35,517 bases of DNA from Chloroflexota bacterium (GTDB taxonomy: Bacteria > Chloroflexota > Anaerolineae > Anaerolineales > DRKV01), in the NCBI GenBank assembly GCA_037142095.1, contig JBAXBF010000001.1:1-35517 (forward strand). Direction: 5' to 3'. Shown here one piece after another: positions 24,660-35,265 of this stretch (position 1 is its first letter; each line of letters starts with the position of its first letter). The translations under genes and the position numbers were made by a program. The notes below the pieces were generated by a model, which did no database searches, was not told the origin of the DNA, and worked only from the letters and a program-made list of their open reading frames with translations.

Positions 24660-26324
24660 ATGTCTGATTTGATGATTGACCAGGTTGCCCTAGACTTACA
24701 GAAAAAAATCGATTTATTTCAACCTGAGGTTGGCGTACATAAGATTGGAACTGTTGTTGAGGCAGGCGACGGAATTGCTCGCGTATCAGGTTTGGCGGAT
24801 GTACGCTCACAAGAGCTTGTCCAATTTGAAAATGGCGTTCAAGGAATAGCCTTCAATTTGGAAAAAGATACGGTTGGCACCATTATTCTGGGAGAATTTT
24901 CGGGTATTGAGCAAGGCACTCAGGTCCAATCGACTGGCTTAATCGCATCCGTTCCAGTAGGAGATGGATTGATTGGACGTGTGGTAAACCCGCTTGGTGA
25001 ACCAGTTGACGGCAAAGGTCCCATCTCATATAACAAATTTCGACCGATTGAACGTATTGCACCGGGTGTTATTCAACGCAAAGATGTCGATACACCGGTA
25101 GAAACAGGAATCAAAGCCATTGATGCCATGACTCCAATTGGACGTGGGCAGCGTGAACTGATCATTGGAGATCGCCAAACGGGGAAGACAGCCATTGCTA
25201 TTGATACGATCATAAACCAAAAAGGAAAGAATATGATCTGTATCTATGTTGCCATCGGGCAAAAGAAAGCAGCCGTTGCGCGTACATTAGGTATCCTGGA
25301 TAAGTATGGTGCCATGAGTTATACAACCATCGTTTTAGCAGCGGCGGACGATCCGGCGGCAATGCAATATATTGCACCTTATTCAGGCTGCACGATGGGC
25401 GAAGAGTTCATGGAAAATGGGAAAGATGCCTTGGTTATCTATGATGATCTTTCGAAGCATGCTTGGGCTTATCGTCAGGTATCTCTCTTGTTAAGACGTC
25501 CTCCTGGTCGTGAAGCTTATCCAGGTGACTTGTTTTATTTGCACTCTCGTTTATTAGAACGTGCAGCCCGAATGTCCGATAATTACGTTATTGTGCCGAA
25601 GGATTATCCTGAGTCCCTGGCTGAAGTGAAAGATAGTGTGGATGGTAAGGTCTTCGAGGGTCCAATTGCATTGCATGATGCGAAATCAACCATTACAGCG
25701 ATGCAGGATCCTGAGGCATATAAACCCGTTAAAGTGAAAGGAAGCGGTGGTTCCTTGACTGCTCTTCCGATCATCGAAACCTTACTCGGCGATGTTTCGG
25801 CGTATGTTCCAACAAACGTTATTTCTATTACGGATGGTCAGATTTATCTTGAGAGTAACCTATTTTATGCGGGCGTTCGTCCTGCAATCAACGTAGGTAT
25901 ATCGGTCTCTCGGGTTGGTGGAGATGCACAATACAAAGCAGTCAAGCAAGTAGCAGGTGGTTTGCGGATCAGTATGTCATCCTTCCGTGAATTAGCGGCT
26001 TTTGCGCAATTCGGTTCAGATTTGGATAAAGCCACATTGGCGCAACTCAATCGTGGGCAACATCTCCAAGAGATACTCAAACAACCGCAATACGAGCCGG
26101 TCTCTATGGAACACTTGGTGATTATGATCTTTGCGGGGACGCGTGGTTATGCGGATAATATACCCTTAGTTCAAACCAGAGCATGGGAATCTGCTTTGTT
26201 ACGTTATCTCGATTCATCTTATCCTGAAATTGGCAAAGGACTGGTCGAAAAGAAACAACTCACCGCTGATTTAGAATCGAAATTGAAAGAAGCAATCGAG
26301 GCGTTCAACGCGAATTGGAAGTGA
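24660..26324 (+). CDS. atpA: F1 ATP synthase subunit alpha (with a lineage-specific insertion)
   Basis: [15 protein letters not shown] (P-loop), [32 protein letters not shown] and [10 protein letters not shown]...[10 protein letters not shown]. At 554 aa it is about 40-50 aa longer than usual. Confidence 0.96.
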   Translation: MSDLMIDQVALDLQKKIDLFQPEVGVHKIGTVVEAGDGIARVSGLADVRSQELVQFENGVQGIAFNLEKDTVGTIILGEFSGIEQGTQVQSTGLIASVPVGDGLIGRVVNPLGEPVDGKGPISYNKFRPIERIAPGVIQRKDVDTPVETGIKAIDAMTPIGRGQRELIIGDRQTGKTAIAIDTIINQKGKNMICIYVAIGQKKAAVARTLGILDKYGAMSYTTIVLAAADDPAAMQYIAPYSGCTMGEEFMENGKDALVIYDDLSKHAWAYRQVSLLLRRPPGREAYPGDLFYLHSRLLERAARMSDNYVIVPKDYPESLAEVKDSVDGKVFEGPIALHDAKSTITAMQDPEAYKPVKVKGSGGSLTALPIIETLLGDVSAYVPTNVISITDGQIYLESNLFYAGVRPAINVGISVSRVGGDAQYKAVKQVAGGLRISMSSFRELAAFAQFGSDLDKATLAQLNRGQHLQEILKQPQYEPVSMEHLVIMIFAGTRGYADNIPLVQTRAWESALLRYLDSSYPEIGKGLVEKKQLTADLESKLKEAIEAFNANWK

Positions 26325-26325
26325 A

Positions 26326-27240
26326 ATGGCTACTTTAAGGGAAGTCAGACTTCGAATTAAAAGTATTCGGAATATTTCTCAGGTTACTCGTGCACTCCAG
26401 GCTGTAAGCACCAGTCGTGTGCGCCGGGCTACTCAATTGCTTGAGCAAACGCGTCCCTATACCGAACTTGCCTGGAAAGTATTGAAACACATTGCCAACC
26501 AACCAGGGCGTATGTCTTTGCATCCGCTCTTAGCTGAGCGTGAAGAAATCCATCAGGCGTTGATTGTGATGGTTAGCGGAGATCGTGGACTGGCAGGTGC
26601 GTATAACTCAAATATTATTCGGTATACGCTGCAGATAGCGCAAGAGTATGAAAAGCGGGATATTCCTGTCAGTTATGTTGTCGTTGGGCGAAAAGGAAGG
26701 GATGTTCTCTTGCGTGGGCGTAAATCTGTGGTTGCCGAATTTAGCAAACTTCCGGCTTTCCCTTCATTTACGGATGTATCTGCGATTGGAAGGTTAGTCG
26801 TGGATGATTTCTTATCCGACAATTTCGATGAAGTTCAACTCGTTTATACTGACTTTAAAAATATGATGACCCAAATACCAACGCGGAAGCGGATACTTCC
26901 CCTACCTGTTGGTGAGGATGAACAAGTTTTCGAGTTGAGTAATGTGCATCATCTGACACATGAGCAAGCTGCGGTTTATACGTATGAGCCGGACGAAGGT
27001 GGTTTGTTAGATCAAATTATCCCACGATTTACGGCAATACAAATATATCAGGCAATTCTTGAATCCTTAGCATCTGAGCATGCCGCTCGCATGGTTGCTA
27101 TGAAAAGTGCAACTGATAATGCGGTCGAATTGGCAAATGCTTTGCAGTTACAATATAATAATGCACGCCAGCAGAGTATCACAAGCGAGATGATTGATAT
27201 TGTTGGGGGTGCGGAAGCATTGTCTCAGTCTGTTGATTGA
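26326..27240 (+). CDS. atpG: F1 ATP synthase subunit gamma
   Basis: MATLREVRLRIKSIRNISQVTRALQAVS N-terminus and C-terminal ARQQSITSEMIDIVGGAEAL. Confidence 0.93.
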   Translation: MATLREVRLRIKSIRNISQVTRALQAVSTSRVRRATQLLEQTRPYTELAWKVLKHIANQPGRMSLHPLLAEREEIHQALIVMVSGDRGLAGAYNSNIIRYTLQIAQEYEKRDIPVSYVVVGRKGRDVLLRGRKSVVAEFSKLPAFPSFTDVSAIGRLVVDDFLSDNFDEVQLVYTDFKNMMTQIPTRKRILPLPVGEDEQVFELSNVHHLTHEQAAVYTYEPDEGGLLDQIIPRFTAIQIYQAILESLASEHAARMVAMKSATDNAVELANALQLQYNNARQQSITSEMIDIVGGAEALSQSVD

Positions 27241-27283
27241 TATTATTAATGAGTGAAATGATAGGTATTATTTGGAGGCGTGA

Positions 27284-28690
<1,407 letters not shown>

Positions 28691-28705
28691 CCTGGAGGTT
28701 ATAAT

Positions 28706-29146
28706 ATGACCATTCGTGTCGAAATCGTTTCGCAAGACCGCCTGGTCTTTAAAGGCGATGCAGATATGGTAACACTGCCTGGTATTGAAGGAGAAATGGG
28801 TGTCTTACCTGGACACACGCCCTTATTGACAACCATGGCGTATGGTGTTATTTCTGTTAAAGCTGCCGAAGATCATGCTTTTACTGTTGCAGGTGGGATT
28901 GTAGAGGTACAGCCGGAAGTTATTACGATTCTTGCTGATGCTGCCGAAGATGTTAATGAAATTAACATCGATCGTGCGCAGGCAGCAAAGCGACGTGCGG
29001 AGGAAATGCTTAAGCAAACACCTGTTCAGGACACGGACGAATATCTTACTATTGAAGCAGCCTTACGGCGTTCTAACCTTCGTATTGAAGCTGCCAGTCG
29101 TTTTCGGCAAACTAAACCATCACATCGTACTAAAGATCACGATTGA
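28706..29146 (+). CDS. atpC: F1 ATP synthase subunit epsilon
   Basis: VEIVSQDRLVFKGDADMVTLPGIEGEMGVLPGHTPLLT is the typical epsilon N-terminal beta-sandwich, followed by a C-terminal helical hairpin. Confidence 0.9.
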   Translation: MTIRVEIVSQDRLVFKGDADMVTLPGIEGEMGVLPGHTPLLTTMAYGVISVKAAEDHAFTVAGGIVEVQPEVITILADAAEDVNEINIDRAQAAKRRAEEMLKQTPVQDTDEYLTIEAALRRSNLRIEAASRFRQTKPSHRTKDHD

Positions 29147-29172
29147 GTAGGATTTCACTTTACAGTTAAAGC

Positions 29173-30186
29173 ATGGCACTTTTTTCAACTGAATTAGGAA
29201 TTGATCTTGGGACGGTTTTAACCCGTGTTGTCGTCGGCTCTGATGTCGTAGTAGAAGAGCCGACGGTTGTTGCTATTGCAGTGCGTGAACAGAAGATCGT
29301 CGAAGTGGGACGTGAGGCATACTATATGTATGGGCGTGTCCCCGAATCAATCGAAGTCGTCTGGCCGCTCAGGAATGGTGTTATTGCTGATTATGAGATT
29401 ACCGAAAAGCTGCTCGAATATCTGATTCGGAAAGCAAGTGGTTCGTTTCGTTTGTTTCGCCCGCGGGTGATGATTTCGGTGCCTTATGGTGTAACCAGTG
29501 TGGAGAGCCGGGCAGTGCAGGAGGCGACCCTATCGGCAGGCAGCCGGGAAGTGTATCTTATTCAACAACCGTTGGCTGCTGCGTTGGGCGCTGATTTACC
29601 AATCGGAACACCTTCAGGGAATATGATTTTATGCCTAGGAGCAGGCGCTACGCAGGCTGCTGTATTGGCGATGTACGGTATCGTGGCAGCGGAGACAATG
29701 CGTAAAGGCGGGATTGATCTGGATGAAGCCATTATCACTTATACTCGCCGAAAGTATGGCATTATCATTGGTCAGAAAACAGCCGAGCAGGTAAAAATCT
29801 CAATCGGCGCTGCTGTATCACGTGAGGAAGAGAAGAGTATGGAAATTCAAGGGCAGGATCAGGTTTCAGGGCTGCCGCGTCCGGTGACATTAACCACGGG
29901 AGAAGTTGTCGAAGCTTTGGAAGATCCTCTCCATAGCATTGTGGAAACCTCAAGACGGGTACTCGAAAAAACGCCTCCTGAACTGGTATCCGATATTATA
30001 GATCGAGGATTAGCTTTGTGCGGGGGTGGCGCTTTACTGCCTGGAATCGATAAATTATTGACAAAGGAATTAGGCGTGCCTACCTATCTTGTCGATAATC
30101 CTACCACCTGTACGGCAGAGGGAGCGGCGCGCGGTTTAGTGCCTGGGGTATATGCCGCCATCCGACGTAACTTACCCCCTGTATAG
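29173..30186 (+). CDS. mreB: rod-shape-determining actin homologue MreB
   Basis: LGIDLGTVLTRV (phosphate 1), VMISVPYGVTSVESRAV, ILCLGAGATQAAV (phosphate 2) and ALCGGGALLPGIDKLL (adenosine motif). Confidence 0.9.
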   Translation: MALFSTELGIDLGTVLTRVVVGSDVVVEEPTVVAIAVREQKIVEVGREAYYMYGRVPESIEVVWPLRNGVIADYEITEKLLEYLIRKASGSFRLFRPRVMISVPYGVTSVESRAVQEATLSAGSREVYLIQQPLAAALGADLPIGTPSGNMILCLGAGATQAAVLAMYGIVAAETMRKGGIDLDEAIITYTRRKYGIIIGQKTAEQVKISIGAAVSREEEKSMEIQGQDQVSGLPRPVTLTTGEVVEALEDPLHSIVETSRRVLEKTPPELVSDIIDRGLALCGGGALLPGIDKLLTKELGVPTYLVDNPTTCTAEGAARGLVPGVYAAIRRNLPPV

Positions 30187-30204
30187 AGACACGAACCAAA
30201 ATAT

Positions 30205-32697
30205 TCAATCTCCTGGGTTGGGTTCAGCTTGATAAATCCAGTCAATAGAAGAATCGATGTCCTGATCCTTGGGGATTCGTTCGATGGAGTGACCGCTTGC
30301 GACAAGCGGGATGGATGGATTCAGAAAGACTTGGGAATATCCCCAAGAAATGGCATCCGTTATAATATCTTCCCTATCTAAAATTAAAACCTCATCACCA
30401 TTATTATTGAGTGAAATCCAACTATTTGGACTTGCCCAATCGTAATATCTACTCATGTCCGGTACCGTATCATCGGTAGGCTGTATTTCAAAGTCTGGTT
30501 TGAAACTATACCGTTCATAGAAACGGTCAGCGAGATAGGCTACCACAATAATTTGGCGGGGCTCTATAATAGAATCGGAAGGAAAACGGAACATTGCTTC
30601 ACCGTTCAACTGATATTCAGCATCTCCAACCTTATAGCCGCTTAAATCAATTGTATCTGAAAAGGATGGATTGAAAATCTCAATCCACTCATCATTCGGA
30701 TCATAGCCTTGAATGCCATTGATGTCGGCTGGCGCGTAGTAGACTTCGCTGATCAGTAACTTACCATCTTTTTTGATAGGTGTGCTGGGAGTAAGCGTTG
30801 AGGATGGGGATGGTTTAGGGGTGGTACTGGGTGAGGCACTCCACGTTGGGGTAGGACTAAATGTGCTTGTCTTCGTAAGAATGGGGGTCTTGGAAGGGGA
30901 TGGGGTTGAAGAAGGGCTGGGTGTTCTGGTGGGCGTCTTCGATAATGTTGGCGTTAAAGATGGACTGAGTGTCCTGGATGATGTAGGTGTTGGTGCTGGA
31001 CTGGGCGTTTTGGTGGGCGTCTTCGTAGGAACTGGCGTTATAGATGGACTGAGTGTCCTGGTCAGAGTTGGGGTAGAGGCTGGGCTGGATGTTTTAGAGG
31101 ATGTCGGAGTTGAAGTATTTCGGGGTGTTTTGGTAACAATTTGAGTCCTGGTTGGTGTCCGCGATATTTCTGAAAATAAAACTATGCCTGGATTGGGATT
31201 GAGCTGAATATACCAGTCTGATGCCGTATTTGTGTCAGTATCAGCGGGAATGCGGGCGATGCTGCTACCTTGAGAACCAGTCGCTACGGCAGGATTGAAA
31301 ATGGAAGTTGAATTGCCCCAAGAAACCACATCAACCATTCTGTCTGCACCGTCCAGGAGGATGACCTCATCGCCTGAATTGTTAAGACTGACTGAGCCTT
31401 TTGCCCAGGAAGAATATTTTGTCATATTTGAGGTGCTGTTTGATTCGTTCATTTCATATTGAGGCTGAAAACCGTATCTGGCGAGAAAGGGTTCGGCGTG
31501 ATTGGCTATGATGACAACCCCTCGAGATTCGATGATAGCCCCGGAAGGGAATTGCATAATACCTTCTGACTGTCCCTTCGTCTCCTCATCGCCGATTTTG
31601 AAACCACTTAAGTCAATTGGATAATTTTCAGGGTTATAAATTTCGATCCATTCGCCATCTGGTTCGTGGTCAAGGGGGTCGAAACATACTTCGCTAATAA
31701 GCAATCGCCCATTGAACGGGGCTGGAGTTTGGGTTGGGGAGGCTTCAGTACTATGCTGGACTGTTGGAGGAGGGGTTTCTGTGTGAGAAACGATCGGAGT
31801 TGGTGTAGATGGATACGTTTCCGAGGAATGAGGAACCGATGTTTGAGGTTTGTTGTCTTTATTGGCGGCGGCTGATTTGCTGAATCCATTCCCTTTGCCA
31901 GGGTTAGGCATCGCTTGCTCATGCCAAATGATTTTCCCGGATTGGAAGATAGCCCGTTCTAAAGAATGTCCCGGGGCATAGACTGGCATCAGTCTTGATT
32001 TTGGATTTGAAAAAGTTGATTTTCCCCAGGCTACCGCGTCAATGATATTGTTCTGCTCATCCAATAATAAAACCTCATCACCGCTATTATTTAAGTTCAT
32101 CCTTCCTTTAGACCAAGGGACATATTTTTGTAAGACCGGGATACTCGCCTCTGAATCAAGAATTTGAAAATCAGGCTTGAAACCGTATTGACTTAAGAAT
32201 AAGCTGCCATTTTGTGCGATGACGAACGCTCTTTTTGCGCGGAGGATGCTATTATCCGGAAACAGCAGCATTCCTTCTGTCTGTCCCAGTGTTTCTTCAT
32301 CTCCAAGTTTATACCCCTTAAGGCTGAGATCACAGTTTCCGGGATTGTAGATTTCGACCCATTCTCCATCTGGTTCTTTGCTGAGAGGATCATAAAGGAT
32401 TTCACTGATGAACAGGATTGCTCTACATCCTGTAGCAGGGATAATGCCCTGATTATCTGGTATATGGGTGTAAGTGGGTGACGGAAACAGCGTAGGATAT
32501 GAAGTAAAACTTGGCGTGGGAAGGGGGCTGGTTGAGATGAGTTGAATTTGCGAATCGGGTATTTCTGTGAACTTTACAGGCTGCATCTGGATTGGGTGGA
32601 GATAGGATTCAACGAAAATACCACTGCCAAAACAACATACGGACAGAACACATCCAGTAAATAGCACACCTGCGAATAAGAATCCCCATTTTCTCAT
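30205..32697 (-). CDS. membrane-anchored protein with three lamin-tail domains (LTD) separated by Pro/Thr/Ser linkers
   Basis: N-terminal hydrophobic anchor. Three paralogous modules of about 180 aa each start L(L/F)ISE(V/I).(Y/F)DP...(P/N)D(G)EW(I/V)EI(Y/F)NP...DLSGYK(I/V)GD.E and end NNSGDEV.LLD...D.VSWG...NPNPG. Approximate nt positions are 32430-31895, 31715-31185 and 30770-30208. Confidence 0.85.
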   Translation of the reverse strand: MRKWGFLFAGVLFTGCVLSVCCFGSGIFVESYLHPIQMQPVKFTEIPDSQIQLISTSPLPTPSFTSYPTLFPSPTYTHIPDNQGIIPATGCRAILFISEILYDPLSKEPDGEWVEIYNPGNCDLSLKGYKLGDEETLGQTEGMLLFPDNSILRAKRAFVIAQNGSLFLSQYGFKPDFQILDSEASIPVLQKYVPWSKGRMNLNNSGDEVLLLDEQNNIIDAVAWGKSTFSNPKSRLMPVYAPGHSLERAIFQSGKIIWHEQAMPNPGKGNGFSKSAAANKDNKPQTSVPHSSETYPSTPTPIVSHTETPPPTVQHSTEASPTQTPAPFNGRLLISEVCFDPLDHEPDGEWIEIYNPENYPIDLSGFKIGDEETKGQSEGIMQFPSGAIIESRGVVIIANHAEPFLARYGFQPQYEMNESNSTSNMTKYSSWAKGSVSLNNSGDEVILLDGADRMVDVVSWGNSTSIFNPAVATGSQGSSIARIPADTDTNTASDWYIQLNPNPGIVLFSEISRTPTRTQIVTKTPRNTSTPTSSKTSSPASTPTLTRTLSPSITPVPTKTPTKTPSPAPTPTSSRTLSPSLTPTLSKTPTRTPSPSSTPSPSKTPILTKTSTFSPTPTWSASPSTTPKPSPSSTLTPSTPIKKDGKLLISEVYYAPADINGIQGYDPNDEWIEIFNPSFSDTIDLSGYKVGDAEYQLNGEAMFRFPSDSIIEPRQIIVVAYLADRFYERYSFKPDFEIQPTDDTVPDMSRYYDWASPNSWISLNNNGDEVLILDREDIITDAISWGYSQVFLNPSIPLVASGHSIERIPKDQDIDSSIDWIYQAEPNPGD
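30775..31160 (-). repeat. low-complexity Pro/Thr/Ser-coding linker with imperfect tandem (T/S)P(T/S)xT units
   Basis: About 125 aa of TPTRTQ..TPTSSKTSSPASTPTLTRTLSPSITPVPTKTPTKTPSPAPTPTSSRTLSPSLTPTLSKTPTRTPSPSSTPSPSKTP... It produces the spurious G/V-rich mirror ORF at 30773-31144 (+). Confidence 0.85.
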
Positions 32698-32703
32698 AAG
32701 GGA

Positions 32704-32709
32704 ATTATA
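32704..32709 (-). promoter_or_regulatory. -10 box (TGTATAAT context) 6 nt upstream of the LTD gene ATG: leaderless-type start
   Basis: The minus strand reads CCTGTATAAT-TCCCTT-ATG, with TATAAT at 32709-32704 and ATG at 32697-32695. There is no Shine-Dalgarno. Confidence 0.4.
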
Positions 32710-32797
32710 CAGGATTTTGAGATTTATACATGAAAAAAAGACATCAAGGAAGAAATATTCCTTTCCTTTAGTCTTTGCAGGATGATCCTATTATGAA

Positions 32798-33088
32798 TTA
32801 TTCCGATTTACTTGGTGCTGGAGTGGTCGATTCGCTTTTCTCAGCCGGTTTGGGGGTTTCGCTCTTCTCTTCTGATTTTGCTTGCGCGTGGCTGGCTGTT
32901 CCTGATGGTGAGCGATGATCTGTGGCATAGAACCCTGAACCTTTGAAGACAATACCAACCGGTGTGTAGATTTTAAGTAATGCAGTTTTTCCACACTCAG
33001 GGCATTTTTTCAGAACAGGATCGCTAAATTTTTGTTGGCGCTCAAATTGCACACCGCAATTATCGCACCGGTAAGAGTAAACAGGCAT
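32798..33088 (-). CDS. FmdB-family zinc-ribbon protein
   Basis: MPVYSYRCDNCGVQFE......CPECG matches the CxxC-x(n)-CxxC FmdB/CxxC_CxxC_SSSS signature, followed by a low-complexity C-terminal tail. GGAGG Shine-Dalgarno lies upstream. Confidence 0.85.
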   Translation of the reverse strand: MPVYSYRCDNCGVQFERQQKFSDPVLKKCPECGKTALLKIYTPVGIVFKGSGFYATDHRSPSGTASHAQAKSEEKSETPKPAEKSESTTPAPSKSE

Positions 33089-33213
33089 AACATAACCTCC
33101 ACAAAGCAGATAATCTGCCTTAATCCGCTTCTTATTTTACCACGAAGTTGGTTATAATTGGGTAAGAAAAATATCAATAGAAAGTAAGAATTTTGTTAGG
33201 ATTCAATGATACT

Positions 33214-34131
33214 ATGGCAGAAAATATATTGGATAAATGGAAGCAAAGTCTGGAAAAGACACGCAAAACCACCTTCGGGCAAATTGCTGCTTTCTTTGGA
33301 TCGACTGAGATTACTGAGCAGCACTGGGAAGACTTGGAAGCGTTGCTTATCCAGGCTGACTTGGGAGTTGAAACAAGCGAACAGATCATGAAAGCCTTAT
33401 GGGCGCGCGAGCGCGGAGAAGGGTTGATTAAAATAGATCAATTAAAAAGCGCTTTACGGGAGGAAATGTTAAAGCTGTTACAGGCTCCTCCACCCATTGA
33501 TTTTTCCGCGAAACCAACGGTAATATTGGTCGTCGGGGTAAACGGCTCCGGGAAGACCACCAGTATCGCAAAATTGGGCAAGCGATTTAAAGAGCAGGGC
33601 TTGAAAGTAATGTTGGGAGCCGCCGATACCTTCAGGGCGGCGGCAGTTGACCAGTTGCAGATTTGGGCGGAACGCTTGCAAGTCCCGATTATTGCCGGGC
33701 AGCCGGGCGGAGATCCGGGCGCAGTAGCCTATGACACAGTGCAAGCAGCCGTTTCCCGTCAAATGGATGTTGTCTTGATTGATACAGCAGGACGCTTACA
33801 CACCCGTTATAACCTGATGGAAGAATTGAAGAAAGTCTATCGTGTCTCTACCAAGGCGCTGCCCGGTGCACCGCACGCTACCTGGTTAGTAATGGATGCC
33901 ACAACTGGACAAAATGCTTTGCAGCAAGCCAAGGCTTTTAAGGATGCGGTCAAAGTTACCGGCGTGATCCTGGCAAAACTAGACTCTTCTGCTCGAGGCG
34001 GGATGGTATTTGCCATCCAACGTGAGTTAAAGTTACCAATTCTATTTGCTGGTCTGGGGGAGAAATTCGAAGATTTGGAACCTTTTTCACCGGAAGCCTT
34101 TGTTGAAGGCATCTTAGCGGATTTTAAATAA
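33214..34131 (+). CDS. ftsY: signal recognition particle receptor FtsY (short, NG domain only)
   Basis: [14 protein letters not shown] (G1), DTAGRL (G3), AKLD (G4) and [18 protein letters not shown]. Start at ATG 33214 is preferred to TTG 33193. Confidence 0.92.
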   Translation: MAENILDKWKQSLEKTRKTTFGQIAAFFGSTEITEQHWEDLEALLIQADLGVETSEQIMKALWARERGEGLIKIDQLKSALREEMLKLLQAPPPIDFSAKPTVILVVGVNGSGKTTSIAKLGKRFKEQGLKVMLGAADTFRAAAVDQLQIWAERLQVPIIAGQPGGDPGAVAYDTVQAAVSRQMDVVLIDTAGRLHTRYNLMEELKKVYRVSTKALPGAPHATWLVMDATTGQNALQQAKAFKDAVKVTGVILAKLDSSARGGMVFAIQRELKLPILFAGLGEKFEDLEPFSPEAFVEGILADFK

Positions 34132-34159
34132 ATATTTATTCACCAAATGGGATTTATAT

Positions 34160-35246
34160 ATGCAGGATTTAATCGACCGACTCAATATATTAAAACAAAA
34201 AATGGATGAATTACGGAGTTATCTTTGACTTACCTTCAAAGGAAAGTCAAATTATAGAATTAGAAAAGAAATCACAGGATTCGAATTTATGGGATAATCC
34301 AGATCATGCGCGCCAGGTGATGCAGAAATTGTCCCGTTTGCAAGATGAATTCGTTAGTTGGCAGAATCTGGAACATCACATTCAGGACTCCCTCGAATTG
34401 GCTGGAATGGAAGATGAAAGCTTACGATCAGATTTAGAAGCGGAAATCAATACGATCGAAGCGGATATTGGTAAGCGGGAGTTTAATGCACTCCTATCCG
34501 GAGATTATGATCATGGGGATGCAATATTGGCGATCCATGCGGGTGCGGGAGGTACCGACTCACAGGATTGGGCAGAGATGCTGGAACGGATGTATTTGCG
34601 CTGGGCTGAAAGAAATGGTTTTAAGATGGAATTTCTTGACAGCAGCCCGGGTGAAGAGGCCGGGATTAAATCGGTCACGATTGCTGTAAGCGGTGCTTAT
34701 GCTTTTGGTTATCTACGTCCTGAGAAAGGGGTTCACCGCCTGGTGCGCCTGTCTCCATTCGATTCAGGTCATCGCCGCCATACTTCCTTCGCACTCGTAG
34801 AAGTAATCCCGCAGGTTGAAGATGCAGGCGAAATCGAGATCAATCCCAAAGACATTCGCATCGATACCTATCGTTCGTCTAGCGCTGGAGGTCAGAATGT
34901 GCAGAAAAACGATACGGCTATCCGGATTACCCATATACCATCAGGATTGGTGGTTACCTGCCAGAATGAACGTTCCCAAACCCAAAACAAGGAAAATGCG
35001 CTGCGGGTGCTGCGCGCCCGTCTGCTGGAAATTCAACGTGAGCAACAGGAGAAACACCTCTCTGATTTGCGCGGGGAGTACACCAAAGCGGAATGGGGCA
35101 GCCAGATTCGCTCCTATGTGCTGCATCCGTACCAGATGGTGAAAGATCATCGTACGGACTTTGAGGTGGGGAATACACAGGCAGTCCTGGATGGTGATAT
35201 AAATGGATTTATCAATGCCTTTCTGCGTCACCAGGCGGGCAAATAA
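34160..35246 (+). CDS. prfB: peptide chain release factor 2, expressed through a programmed +1 frameshift (34160-34225 joined to 34227-35246)
   Basis: A short ORF, MQDLIDRLNILKQKMDELRSYL, ends at an in-frame TGA (34226-34228) in the context GGAG-TTAT-CTT-TGA-C. The +1 frame continues DLPSKESQIIELEKK... with SPF (RLSPFDS) and GGQ (SAGGQNVQ). Confidence 0.93.
34215..34229 (+). promoter_or_regulatory. RF2 autoregulatory +1 frameshift site
   Basis: Internal Shine-Dalgarno-like GGAG (34215-34218), 4 nt, slippery CTT (34223-34225), TGA stop followed by C (34226-34229). This matches the E. coli AGGGGG-UAU-CUU-UGA-C arrangement. Confidence 0.9.
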
Positions 35247-35265
35247 GCCATTCCGTGGATTGGCT

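Noticed and set aside
25572-25748. The atpA insertion as a mini-intein or mobile insertion.
   Set aside because: At about 45 aa it is far too short. It has no Cys/Ser/Thr at the junctions, no HN motif, and nothing at the junctions that suggests an inserted mobile element.
30773-31144. 123 aa Gly/Val-rich plus-strand ORF.
   Set aside because: It is the mirror image of the Pro/Thr/Ser linker codons of the LTD gene and is a low-complexity artefact.
34206-34228. ATG 34206 as the RF2 start (ORF track).
   Set aside because: The upstream 22-codon ORF ending in CTT-TGA-C, with an internal Shine-Dalgarno, fits the conserved prfB frameshift. The joined N-terminus reads like RF2 helix 1.
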